A stretch of 64,000 nt of DNA from Octopus sinensis (lineage: Eukaryota): contig NC_042999.1 in the NCBI RefSeq assembly GCF_006345805.1, forward strand, positions 87,544,001 through 87,608,000, in the 5' to 3' direction. Numbering within the stretch: position 1 is the first letter of the stretch; every line of letters begins with the position of its first letter. Positions 48,941 to 62,070 of this stretch are shown here, piece after piece. The translations under genes and the position numbers were made by a program. The notes below the pieces were generated by a model. That model saw only the letters and a program-made list of their open reading frames with translations. It was not told the DNA's origin and did not search any database.

Positions 48941-50327
48941 ATGGAGTGGAGTGGTAGACACACGTCAAGAAACATTTCAAGACTGAAAGGTAATTTTGAC
49001 TGCGAATCTTCAGTATAAATGAAGTCAACCAAGCAATCGACTAGAATCTATATGAAGATTATCTTTACTGAGCAGAAAGTTGGTTCTCTTAGAAAGCCTG
49101 TGCTCAATGCCTGTCTTGTGGAAGATCAGTTTGTCTGCGAATTTTATCAAAATCATGAATTGTAAATATATTTTACAAAATAAATAAATAATGAAAGAAA
49201 TGAGTGCAGGGGAATTTTTGAAAATTTTATATGATTATATGCTTAAGTCTGTATTGTTTGCATTTCAACGTACATTTAGAATTCCCGAACAAATAAAACA
49301 GCCTTCTTATGCTAACCCTTGCCTCCAATCTATCAATAAGTTTTTCCAATGTTTCTCCGAAATGCACTATCAATTGTACTTAATGGCTAGGCTGATTGAT
49401 AGGTACATAAAAGTTGTCTTCATACTTTTGTGAATGAATAGAATTCTATAACGAGGAAAAAAATATTAATGTTCTCATGAGACTGGCTTGTTTGATTTAC
49501 AGAAAGTAACAGTAGGGCGTGCATTTAAAGAATCAAGAAATAGCTTATTTTGGAATCTACCGAGAAAGAAAATAAATTACTTTTTCAAGAACATGAAACA
49601 TGTTAGCTCTACGAATCAATGTTGTCAGAGTTAATAGTAAGCTTGATCAATGGAAAAACAAAAATATATATATAAAATATATAAAAGAATAATTTGCTGC
49701 AGTTGAAGACAAATAAGTACACCTTAACATGTTGGTTTGCTTACTGAAAAGTATAACGGTGGAAGAAGAGAATGAAAGCAGTGTTGTTAAAGGAACAGTT
49801 AAGATTGAAGGTTTTTCTACTTATAAAGTAAAAATAGTCGTTAGACAGGTGACTATTGAAGGATTTCTAATAGAACACCGAATTTAAATTTGAAATGTTT
49901 TCTTTTCTGAGTATGGAACAAAGAGTGAAATGGTTATTTTACAGAACAATAAAAAGAACTATGCCATTTATAACAACGGGGAAATCTAATGACAAATGAT
50001 ATTCTATCACTCTGAAAGAAGAATGTAAGAATTGATTATCATAGATAAATTAATTTGAAAGATATATGTTCGGAAAGTTTCGAAAAGAAATAGTTTATCC
50101 CGCATCTGAAATCTAATTAATTAGGAGTCAGATGATATCATGGCAAAAATTATTGTTATATTGATATATCAAAATACCACGAACTGAAACCACAAGAAAA
50201 TTGCTAATCTCATCTAAAGCTAAATCAGACCATCTATATATTGATTAATGGACAATTTTTCAATTAAAGCCTTCACAAACTTTACAAATACTAAGCCTTC
50301 TTTCCCCAACTACACCTCATAGCGACT

Positions 50328-50387
50328 GTATGTATGTATGTATGTATGTATGTATGTATGTATGTATGTATGTATGTATGTATGTAT

Positions 50388-50437
<50 letters not shown>

Positions 50438-50442
50438 ATCTT

Positions 50443-50513
<71 letters not shown>
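50328..50513. repeat. (TATG)n joined directly to (TCTA)n
   Basis: Seen directly. Confidence 0.95.
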
Positions 50514-50849
50514 CAAACAAAACCACATTGCAAAAACCACTACTTCAACTCTCAAGAGTTTCTGACAATTTTCATGGTATAAGACCACTCTATATGGACG
50601 CTGAGGTATGGCTCGACATAAAGAATCATACTGCTCATCTATTTGGGAACAGAACAGCTGCTAAACGGATATAAATTCTATACAACATCAAAAAAAAAAA
50701 AATACGGCGCTATTTTACTGAATGTTTCATCTGAAGATACTGTTACACTAATACTTAGACATTGAGACACTTTTCCTTTTCCTGCTTCTTCTATCATTAT
50801 TTTACCAACTCCTCTACATTTAGCAAGCAATTAATCACTCCTCCGACTC

Positions 50850-51110
50850 ACCAAATTTGTCCGCTTCACTTCTTCTTTTCAACTTCCCTATTCTATGTTA
50901 TCCACTGCCATGTAATAAACAGATTAATTATGCCTTTTCAGAACTGCAATCTCCTAGAACCCATTGACTCCCACCAAGTTTTCCCCGTAGACATCGGTCT
51001 AAAGAATATAAAGCTAAAACTATATCGATTTAATAATCTGGGAATAAATGCAAAGGCTTTCGGACTGAAATCTTAAAAACGTTTTTAACTGGGAGAAGGT
51101 TACAGTTAAC
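50850..51110 (+). mobile_element. Possible CR1-like RT fragment
   Basis: NLLEP..HQVF (cf. NLIxxxQHGF), KL..LGIN, KTFLTGRR (cf. WIKxFLxGRxQ). Confidence 0.35.
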
Positions 51111-51224
51111 ATCCGTTGTCTTGAGATAGAAATATTTTTTGCTATAGACTCATTTTAAAACAAATGTATGTATCACTCCGGTGAAATACTATGAACTCTA
51201 GAGTTTGATAATCGATTGGATTAA

Positions 51225-51324
51225 NNNNNNNNNNNNNNNNNNNNNNNNNNNNNNNNNNNNNNNNNNNNNNNNNNNNNNNNNNNNNNNNNNNNNNNNNNNN
51301 NNNNNNNNNNNNNNNNNNNNNNNN
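51225..51324. other. Assembly gap (100 N)
   Basis: Seen directly; exactly 100 N suggests a gap of unknown size. Confidence 1.
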
Positions 51325-52513
51325 CTTATCACATGCAAACAAATAGCTGTGGGTAAATCTTTTGCGTTTTATTTTAATTAAAATGGTGTTACTGGCTTCT
51401 GGGTTGGAGATTAACTGCAATTTTTGTGCTTGTATTAAAAAGAGACGCATTTTTTCTGGATTGTGAGCCAGTCTACTGGAAATAATTTAAGATAGCGAGA
51501 AAAGCTATACCATTATATAGTACTTATATATGCTTCATAATATACTGTAAAGTAGGTTCAAAAGGTTTGGTTTGCCTACACTCCTCTCTGTATAAAACAG
51601 AAACAGATAAATAAAATATTCTATGTATTTTTCTGAACTTTAAAAATTTCTCTATACTGTCTTGAAAATAGGAAGATCTCTTGAGATTTAAAGTTAAGTG
51701 TTGTTTTACAGTATAAATATAAATAGATCACAGTAATAGCGGGAGAGACAACAGCTAGAATTGTCGTCCACCGAGCTAAATATTTGCTGATAAGGCGCCA
51801 ACTAAGCAAAACAATACTAAAACAGCCAGATGTATGAAGAGCAAATAATTTATCCTTGGAAAATGTCTTATATGTTCATTTCTAATATATTTTATCGCAC
51901 ATCCGTTATGAATATGAGATATTGTACCTCTGTAAAAATCAATGTATTTTATCTAATATTTCTCATATTTTCTTTTCTTATATTGTTTTCCAAACTCCAT
52001 GTTATTGACGTTTGAAAACTGCGATTTCATATGCAGCATAAGACGTCTGTGAAGGTTGATATTTTTTGTGATGTCTAATAATTTAAAGAAAAATATTTAC
52101 TGTAGGCTGTTATGAAAAGTGTGATGATTGGCAGAAAGCATTAGTGGAGAAATATTAATGCATTCTCCATGTTTGTGCGTTGGGGGTTAGAGTTTATTTA
52201 GTTACGATTATCTCGAAAGATAAGCGTAGTGTTTTTTTTTTGTGACGGTTCAATAAAGATTGATTGTGCAAAACATTAGCGTTCGCATATGAATCTGTGC
52301 ATTATATTTTTAAAAGAGCCCAATGCAACTATTGCTTATTGTAGTGACATATAATACTACAAAATTCATTTAACTATCATTTTTCCCTGCAACTCTAGTT
52401 ACTATATGCACAGTTTTCCGGAAAAATAAACAAAACGAACAGACTGCAAACTGGCTGATGAAGTTGCCATGGTTTCTCTACTTAAATACACGTTGGGTTA
52501 TTTATACAAGGCA

Positions 52514-52574
<61 letters not shown>

Positions 52575-53049
52575 GAAAACCAGAGTAGTTTCTACATGGC
52601 TTATATTATTTCTTTCATAAAATCTCACATGACTGCACAAAAAAGTCATTGGATGCTTAATGAATTACTTCACTCGTAAAGAAAAATTATCGTATTCGAG
52701 ATAAACAGAAAATTGTTTATTACCTTTTTTCAGAATTAGTTTCGAAAATGTAAACATAGCAAAAGGCTAAAAACATAAAAATAAATTATTTACGCCTGTT
52801 TTATCAAAACATTAAAGTACACACGCGCACACACACGCACACACACATACACATACGCGCACGCACACATCTATAAGTATTGTAATAGTTAATATATTCC
52901 TAGTTTCCATTATTGAAATCTCTTATTTGTGAATCTGTTTCTCCCTGATGAGAAAACCTAAAGCAAAGTAATATATACACTACCTAGAATAGCACTATGA
53001 CACTTCAGATAATAAATATGAAGCAGTTAATTTTAAAAAGAAACTATCA

Positions 53050-53330
53050 TCTATAAAGTACTATCTATCATTAGAGGTTAATTTGGAGATTCGGTTTACT
53101 TGTAAATTGTCGGGACTGACACTCGATAAGAACCTAAGATAACTGGCACCCACATGAGCAATAGCAAGCGAGTAGAGTTACCGAAAGACAGACCGATGTG
53201 TGTATCTTTTACAGTTTCTTGACAGGTAGGATTTACTCGTATTAGCAATGAACGCGAGAGACCAGCCCGTGACCCTTGATTTCCAGATTTATTCGCTGTA
53301 GGATTCATCATGTCAATCAGAAACTATTCA
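53050..53330 (-). mobile_element. Decayed Penelope-like GIY-YIG fragment
   Basis: SRNCKDTHIGLS (cf. CxxCxxxYIGxT) followed by R..H-like residues. Confidence 0.45.
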
Positions 53331-55176
53331 GCAGCTTGCTTTCCCATTTCATTTCTTCACCACTATGAATCTCAAACATATTATAAAAATTTAAAATCAA
53401 AAGTAAAAGAAATTAAGCAGAGTACTTCTTATCGTTAGCAAGCTTCATCTCTGGCAGCAACACCACAAATCATCTATTTCATTTCAAGTTTGCATCGTCT
53501 TCTTATTCTTGATGTAAATCTCTTATTATAATTAATTTTCACACATGTCACTTCCCATTAGTCAAACTCCTTTTACAAGGTAAAAATCGTAATGTCGCTG
53601 CAAAATTTTCATTTTTGAAAATATTTATTTAAATATTATGACACACTTTGCAAATGATTTATATGTTTTTGAATAATCTTTTATAGAAGTCTAAACCCAT
53701 TTTTCCGTATTGCAAATGTTTTTCAAACCACTTCAAGTTATTTGTAAAGAGCATATATACTCCTACTTCCTCTACATCAGTTGGACACTCAAAAACACAA
53801 CCACACATACGTGCAGGCATCTACAGACACTCGTCGCGTAAAAATCATCATAGATAAAAGGAACCTCCGCCAGTTTCAATGACGATAACTTCAATAGTTT
53901 AATGAAATGAACAATTTACTCATATTTCAGTTTAAGAGGCTGAGCGTTCCACAAAGAAGCAAGCATACGCTTAAGGTAGGCTTCGCGACCTCCAAAATAC
54001 AGAATATGGCATGGTTACAGTTCATCTGGTCGGTATCAGTAGTGTAAATAAATGATTATTTTACAAATATCTTTCTTTTTAGAAATCATCCGACAGCTTC
54101 CACGTGACACAATGTATAATAAGGCTGGCTTTTCGAAATATATACATAGTCTATCTGACGGGCTTCTAAGCACTTTTCCGGTGTTGCTTTTATTTACGAG
54201 TTGTTTTTATTTACGAGACTTTATCCGAGGCTTCAGTTAAAAGTAACTGTCCCTCCCACTCTATAACCACCCCCCACACACACATACACACACACACATG
54301 CACACACACACGCACGCACGCATATACACGCACGCATGCACACATACACATAGATTTTAAGACGGCATCGATTAACAAAATGTATGATCCCTTGTAAAGA
54401 GAACTTCAGTTGAAAAATTAGGAAAATGACAGACAGAAATGTCTTCTATATATTTTACTGTTACAGTAATCAAAATACGTTTTTCCGGAGGGTCAATTTC
54501 ATATAAACATTATCGTATAATCCTAGTCGATTCTGATAAGTATCATCCTCCCAGATTATTTTACAAATCCGTTTATTCAAATATTCTGTCATAGAACTAC
54601 ACTTCTGTATATCCCATCCAACTTACATCTTCATAACTTACAAATTACATTTCCAAATTATTCGTTTTCCTTATTTTAGAAGGGCTGAATTGTTCCAGAC
54701 ACTGTCCCCTATGATGTGGCAAATAACTGTTTAAGAGCTTTGCATGGTATTCTACAAGGATTTTAGTCCACACACACACACACACACGCGCAACCCCCCT
54801 CTCTCTCTCACACACACATACACATTCACACAGTTGAAAGTTACAGAAAAAACAAAAGACGAAGACAGGCCTATGAACAAGAAAGTTTATCAGTTTGACG
54901 CTCGGGAAAGTGAGCTTCAACAGAAAGGACTGAATATCGTCCTAACTGAAAATGAATACCATTATTCAAGCTGACTTGAAGATAACCGCTAACAACAGCA
55001 ACACCACATTTGTTTAGTTTAAGATTGCTTTCATAAGCATAAACACAAAACGTTAACTGTCGAAAGGACTCACTATATATGTAGAGTGCGATATATAAGC
55101 CATTTCTGATAATTTTATTGAAAGTAACATCAAATTTTGCCAGCTGTCGGTCTCGTCACTCTGGTATTAATAAATA

Positions 55177-55180
55177 TTCT

Positions 55181-55262
<82 letters not shown>

Positions 55263-55283
55263 TATAATATATATATGCATATA

Positions 55284-55331
<48 letters not shown>

Positions 55332-55670
55332 TATTATATATATTATTATATATATATATATATGCATATATATATATGCATATATATATATGCATATATA
55401 TATATGCATATATATGTATATATATATGCATATATATATGCCTATATATATGCATATATATATGCATATATATATGTATATATAATAGAAATATTAAAAT
55501 TACTAAGTCTCTCTAAAAGAGAACAACGGCAGCGTTACCGGAAAAATATAGTTATCGCCATACTAATATGGCATTCTTATAAAAATAAGAATAAAGCTGT
55601 CCGCTTATTAGCTCCATGTATATTATATGCATATATATATATGCATATATATGCATGTATTATATATATA

Positions 55671-55720
<50 letters not shown>

Positions 55721-55980
55721 TATATGCATATATATGCATATATATATATATGCATGATATATATAAAAATGTTCAAGGCTGTGCTCCAGCATGGTCGCTG
55801 TCAAATGACTGAAACCAGTTATAGAATAAGAGTAAATGAATATACACAAATTTATATTTATTTATATATAGATATATATATATACACACACACACACGCA
55901 CACACATATATACATACATACATATATACATATGCATATACATATGCATGATATATATATATATAAACATGTACATGCAC
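55177..55980. repeat. Compound (CT)n/(TA)n/(ATATGC)-type microsatellite field with a family A SINE tail at 55772-55835
   Basis: Seen directly. Confidence 0.9.
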
Positions 55981-56059
55981 GCTCACGCACTCATTAATTT
56001 ATGAGAGAAAAATAAGAATTACGCACCCGTGTTCGATTAAGCTGGTGTGTACCACGTAA

Positions 56060-56330
56060 CATTTCCTACTATTTTATAGAACAGATTTTAGATGGTATTC
56101 GTACTCATGGTATTCATATTCATTGATAGTGTCTTGCCGTAGCACTGTGAAGTCCTGTAAATATGACTTCGTCAGAATTTAACGGATTTAGATTTTTACT
56201 GATGTTTATTGGTTCATGTCTGGTAGTGTTCAATGAATGACAGGATTGATTATTGATATCCACCAAGTTTGGCGCTTATTGAAGGGTTCATATGATTCAG
56301 AGTATAGTTTAATCGTCACTTGTAGGGAAA
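56060..56330 (-). mobile_element. Penelope-like RT thumb fragment
   Basis: SYEPFNKR (cf. YxPYxKP) and SCHSLNT..PINISKNL (cf. SNHPxxIxKxLPxxIxxRL). Confidence 0.5.
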
Positions 56331-56399
56331 TAACTGCTGTAACATTCGATTCAACTGTCTCTCTCAGATGAAATTTGTTAAATGTAATTATTCCCTCCT

Positions 56400-56750
56400 T
56401 GCGTGTACCAACTTTTGTATTCGCGCCTGCTACAGAAAATCAGTAAGGACCTGCATATTGGTTACTAACCTTTCGTTCAAGAGTCGCTTGCACCAGTATA
56501 ACAACTGTTTCCGCTACCGCCACCTGAAAAACACCACAGCACTTTCAAAGTATATTTGGAAATCTAGAGACAAAGGAGAAATCATCAATATCTCAGAAGT
56601 AATATTAGATATGGTACTGGCATTTAAAACCTTATCAAAGTGCTTTGACTTCTGAATTAGCAATCTCCACCTTACGGCACATTTAAAAAAAGAAGAAAAA
56701 GATAACTAATATGACACTTTAAGAAATGCTTAAACTCTTTCTTGAGAAAA
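56400..56750 (+). mobile_element. Penelope-like GIY-YIG C-terminal fragment
   Basis: TNLSFKSRLHQYNNCFRYRHLKNTTALSKYIWKSRDKG (cf. TxxxFKxRxxxHxxSF..TxLSKYIWxLK), SKCFDF (cf. SKxCxLC). Confidence 0.75.
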
Positions 56751-56955
56751 TACTCTATATACATGGTAGATGACAAGCGATAATCCGAACGTCTGACTCT
56801 GCCTAGAATCATTAAAACACTTTCCAAAATGGGGATGTATTCAGTCGACAAAACGAAACACAAGTTGTGTTATATAATTAATGCTTCTCTCACCCCAGCA
56901 CGCACGCACGCTAGCCCATGCACACCCGACACACTCATACATATTCATACATATA

Positions 56956-58333
56956 TTGGGCCATCCCATAAATAATGCGTTTTTTTTTCAATTGCATGAA
57001 CTAAAAGTTGGAGGGGACGGGATAAACTAACTGCTTTACTTTGCTATAAAAGTAGGTAGTAATTTTACCTTGGCTTTGTTCTTAGTGCAAGTTTTGAAGA
57101 GTGCAGTTCTATTTTAACAGATATTTTTTCAAAATGGTAGTTCCAGAAATTCCGTGCCGGAAACTACATCCTAGAGGACAAGCCTCATCCTGGAAGATCT
57201 CTAGAGCTCGATGAGTATGTCCTGCAAATCCTGGTGGAACAAAATCCCATTGTAACTGTTGAGAAACTAGCATAGAAGCTTGGATTTGGCCATTCAACCA
57301 TTCGTCGACATCTGTGTGCCATCGGAAAAGTTAGCAAATTGGGTCAATGGGTTCCTTACAAGTTTTCCGAGTCTAATCGCGCGCAGAGAGTGAATGTGTG
57401 CTTTTCTTTGCTGTAACATTTCATGACTGAACCTTTTTGGACCGGATAGTGGCTGGTCAGTGGTGATGAGAAATGGGTTCTCAATAAAAATGTCAAGACA
57501 GTGGGTGGAGAAAGGAGAAACACCGGCAGCCCAGGCTAAAGGAAGTCTTCACCCAAGTAAAATGTTGTTGTCTGTTTGCTGGGATATGAAAGGTTTAGTC
57601 CTTAGGGCGGCAAGCTGGCTGAATCGTTAGCACGCCGGGCGAAATGTTTAGCTGTATTTCGGTTGCCGTTACGTTCTGAGTTCAAATTCCGCCAAGGTCG
57701 ACTTTGCCTTTCATCCTTTCGGGGTCGATAAATTAAGTACCAGTTACGCATTGGGGTCGATATAATCGACTTAATCCGTTTGTCTGTCCTTGTTTGTCCT
57801 CTCTATGTTTAGCCCCTTGTGGGTAGTAAAGAAATAGGTTTAGTCCATTTTGAACTTTTAAACCCAAACCAAACAATAACAAATGAGATCTACTGCAAGT
57901 AGTTTGAGTAGCTTAAGTCAACGCTAAAAGAAAACCGACTATCTTTGGTTTCAAGACGAAAGATGTTCTTCCATCAGGATAATGCTCGGCCGCATACACC
58001 GAGGATGACATTCCAAAGGCTGGATCAGTTTGAGTGGAAAATGATGCCCCGCACACCATATTCGCCGGACATTGCCTCATCTGATAATTATTTTATTCCG
58101 CAGTCTTCAAAATCATTTTGAAGGAAAAAATATAAATTCTGTAGACGTGGTCAGAACAGTACTGGAGGAATATCTTTAGTCACGAACAAGAGAGCCCTTG
58201 CAAGTCTACTGAATAGATAGAAGAGCATTGCCGAAAATAAAGAAGAGTATATTTTAGACTAAAAAAGAACTTTATCTTAATTTTGAAAAATTAAAAGAAG
58301 TGTAAAAAACGCATTATTTATGGGATAACCCAA
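56956..58333 (+). mobile_element. Near full-length decayed mariner (DD34D-type) with TA target duplication
   Basis: TIRs TTGGG(CC/TT)ATCCCATAAATAATGCGTTT; TA at 56954-56955 and 58334-58335; WVPYKF, GDEKWV, HQDNARPHT, PYSPDIASSD. Confidence 0.9.
57602..57835 (+). mobile_element. tRNA-derived SINE (family B) inserted in the mariner transposase
   Basis: 11-bp target site duplication AGGTTTAGTCC at 57591-57601 and 57836-57846; B box GAGTTCAAATTCC. Confidence 0.92.
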
Positions 58334-61214
58334 TATCTGCATGTATTCGTATAAACATATATAAAATTAATGCGAGGGCGTAAACCAGCTGGAATCAAAA
58401 TGTTAGTGAATATATATATCCTTAATGTGTCTCAGCAGATTTAACGCACACCTATCAGTCAAAATATTCACACACACACACTCACACACAAACATATATA
58501 CATGCAAACATGCATATTCATCTTTAAATTCGTGTGTATGTGCAGACATGTATTTGTGAAGTTTTTGTGTGTATGTAGAAATGTGTATGCATTTTTACTG
58601 CGTTTTAGCTTCTCTCAATACTTTATTCAGTTTAACGGAAAGACTATTTGAAAAATACGCATTTTCATGTAACTCTCAATTTGATTTTTAATCTAATCTT
58701 TCAGGAAAAATGAATTGTATTTTAGTGCATATATCAAAACAAGCTTCCAGATTTGAAGTCAGTTTGATAGGTACCATGGCTGAAACTGTTGGCCTTTGTG
58801 TCATTTCTTAAACTTTATGTTGATTACGAACAATATAAAAGTACACACACAAATATTAGATAAAAACACATCTATCATACAAGTTTCTTTGCCATCCTCC
58901 AACAACAGATGCAAATTCGTATATTTTATATACTGGTGGCTTCTACACATGATCTCCCTCTTTCTTCCTCCCTCTCTCGCACATATGTACACACACATTG
59001 GTACGCATTAGCGCACTTGTTTGTATGTTTCCCTATGTTGTTATTTCTAAATGAATACATCAACGAAAAGGTTGAATGTATGTCACGGTTGCTATGGATA
59101 GTTCCGTTGAAACCTTATTGTCTATTGAGTTGAAAGTGTATCTAAGTTACTACTTATACAAATAATATAATGTTTATAATGATACTTGTTTTGGTAATTA
59201 CAAATAATTACCATTATTAGTAAGCCTGGTGTATAAATCATTGGGAATACCCGAGCTTATTGTTGCAGTTCATGGCTCAATCACTGATCATAGCCATATA
59301 TATTTGGCTTTCATTAACATTTTTATATATTTCTCTTTTACTTTGTTTTACTTTCCCCTAGAATTGTTATTTCAATGGCGTTCGCTATTTCCTTATGAAG
59401 TAAGGAACTTGTTGTTTTAAGCCAAGCCTACAGTTAAAAACATTTTTGACGCTTCCACAATATCATTTTTGGCACGGTGAAATTACATTAACTTTATTTC
59501 AATTCTCGATTTAAAAAGATGAAAAAGCAAGAAAATGAAAAAGGAAAAAAATAGAGAAAAAAACGGGGATGGCAAACCAGCAGAAGACGGAGAGCGATAG
59601 GCAATGGGTCACATATCCCAGAACAAGAGGAGTGCTCAGTCGCGCCCTGCGGTAATGACTGTAATGTCGTTACCGCGAACTCATCGTTGTAGCCACTCTA
59701 TCTCTCAGAGCTCAGATCTTTGATTTATTCGCGTACGAAAAAAAAAAACAAGCAAAAAAAAAGTCTAAAGAAAAAACGCTCCTTTAAAACACAGGTGTAA
59801 TACTTTGCAATACTTATTTTATTCATCTTGTCAAGCAGAAGAGGTTGTGATCATGGTTTTTCATATACCGAATCCCGAAGAGAGCAGTAAGATCACATTA
59901 GCTAATATTTTTCTTAAATAGTTTCAAGTTCACAACTAAGGGAAGTCGTAAAAAAAAAAAAAAAAGAAACTGACTCAACAAGGAAAGTGAAAAGGAAATA
60001 CGAAGGTTTGGGAAACTTTAGTTAAGTGGGGCCTGGAGAAGGTGAAGATACAGAGAGGGCAGGTATGAGGTACAAGTGCCCGAATGGCACGCACGCGTGT
60101 ACCAAAAAGTAGGGGTTACTATAACAGCGGCAGAAGAATAAGCAGTTTTGGTTGTGGTTTCTAGCAGATCTAGTGACTATGAAAACATTCTCTCGATGGT
60201 TTGAAAACATTTACATTATTGGATAAGCTTCCTTCTTTTCCTTCTTAATTAATATGTCACTGGTTATTTTGTTATATTTTCGATTCTTCAAACTTTCCAA
60301 CAGTGCTTCTGTGCAATAAAAACCAGGTCCACTGACTGAGTTGATGATCGCCATGGAAACTGATGAGTTTGTAATTATACAGGTTGGCTGGCAAAATGTT
60401 TGAAGAAGAATTCTTGCTTTAGGATAATTAACGCGCACACAGGTACGTAAATGTATTAAAAGCACACACAGATACATACATATACAAACGCATAAAATCA
60501 TACGCAAACGCATGCACATATACGCAAAATAACCTGTATAAACATGCAGACACATTCACAAAATCAGATCGACACATGCACACATATACTCACATGTAGA
60601 CGCAATCAGAATCTCACATATATCCACAGTTAAACATACTGAAGAGCTACATGTCGACATGAGCTCATACAAACATATGCGCAGACATAAACAAACGTAA
60701 ACACAGGCACACGTACAGTCACAGGTGAAAAGACACATAAATCATACTAACTCATGCATATATACATGCACGCTTACATTCACATATACACATATACACA
60801 CACATACTAAAACACAAAACACTCAATGAACGTGCTAGTGTCTAGCTTTAGAATAATTTCTTAAGCGAACTGTGTTGTAATACTTTCTAATCTGGATGGT
60901 AGATTGTACATTGAAGCGTGCACACACAGATGCACACATGCATGCTCTTGCAAATATATTCACACACAGACACAGGCACACAGACACACACACACAAGCA
61001 TGTATATATGTGCGTGTGCATTTGTGTTATGGTTCTCCACTATGTCCTGGTTCATACTAGCTTAACATTACTAAACTACTACGTGCATTTGTAGACGTGT
61101 TTATATGTATTTATGCATGTGTTGCTTGTAGACATAGATGCAAGTGCATTTCTACAGCTATGTGTGTGCGTAAATTTGCATGTGTATGTACTTATGTATG
61201 TGTACGCACACACC

Positions 61215-61249
<35 letters not shown>

Positions 61250-61851
61250 TATGTATTTGTATATGTATACATATGCGTGTATGTACCTGTCTGTATGTGG
61301 CCACGTATGTCTTCATGTCTTGCAATTTTATGCAACTGTACATGTGTATGAGAGTGCACCTATACATGTTTTTGACTACACCTGTACTTGCCTTTGTGCA
61401 TACATATCAATATGTGCGTGCATGTGTGCATTTGCATGTGAGATAACTGCAATGAACATATAGGAACCCTTACAAACCACACAGAAGCCAAACAGAAGAG
61501 GTTGTGAGCTAGATAAGCAATGCAATTATATACTTATACACTCACTCCATAACACATAGCGAATGATTTATATTTAGTCAGAACAGGAAAGGCAATGCTT
61601 ATAATCTTTAAAGTCGCTTGTCTCAGACTTGTAAGCTTGATACTTATTTCAAATACATGATTTGTTTATATAATATAAACTTTTCTTCTATTTTATTTTG
61701 TTTTGGGTTTCAACTGCTTAATTTATGTCTTCTTTGTCAATGTGCAAGTTTCTAAAATGTGGAGGAAAATGTGTATGTAATATTAAAAAAAAAATTCATC
61801 TTGTATTTGGCAATTATACGGTGTATTTCATTATACACCACTAGAAAAAAA

Positions 61852-62070
61852 GGCGACGAGCTGGCAGAACCGTTAGTACGCCAGACAAAATGCTTTGCGG
61901 TATTTCGTTTGTCTTTGTGTTCTGAGTTCAAATTCTGCCGATGAGGACTTTGCCTTTCGTCCTTTCGAGGCCTATGAATTAAGTACCAGTTGAGCACTGA
62001 AATCGATGTAATCGACTATCCCCATCCTCCCCAAATTTCAGGCGTTTTGCCTACAGGAGAAAGGATTTTA
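61852..62070 (+). mobile_element. tRNA-derived SINE (family B)
   Basis: GAGCTGGCAGAACCGTTAG..GAGTTCAAATTC..GACTTTGCCTTTC..TAAGTACCAGTT, homologous to 57602. Confidence 0.85.

Noticed and set aside
49400-50760. Possible decayed Penelope-like ORF around the 50.3-kb microsatellite
   Set aside because: Only faint motif echoes (YP, IRP); too degraded to call.
52940-52990. CTGATGAG near a PLE remnant
   Set aside because: No stem II and no GAAA in register; opposite strand to the PLE frame.
60355-60400. CTGATGAG (also checked core-like heptamers at about 14070, 36440 and 52455)
   Set aside because: No stem II plus GAAA..UH arrangement; the heptamer alone is expected many times by chance.
60430-61450. 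CA-rich block followed by TG-rich block as a large inverted repeat
   Set aside because: Complementarity is only compositional; no aligned unique sequence.
59836-61507. Identical 15-mer CAGAAGAGGTTGTGA at 59836 and 61493 as a possible target duplication
   Set aside because: No recognisable element between them; about one such match is plausible by chance in 64 kb.
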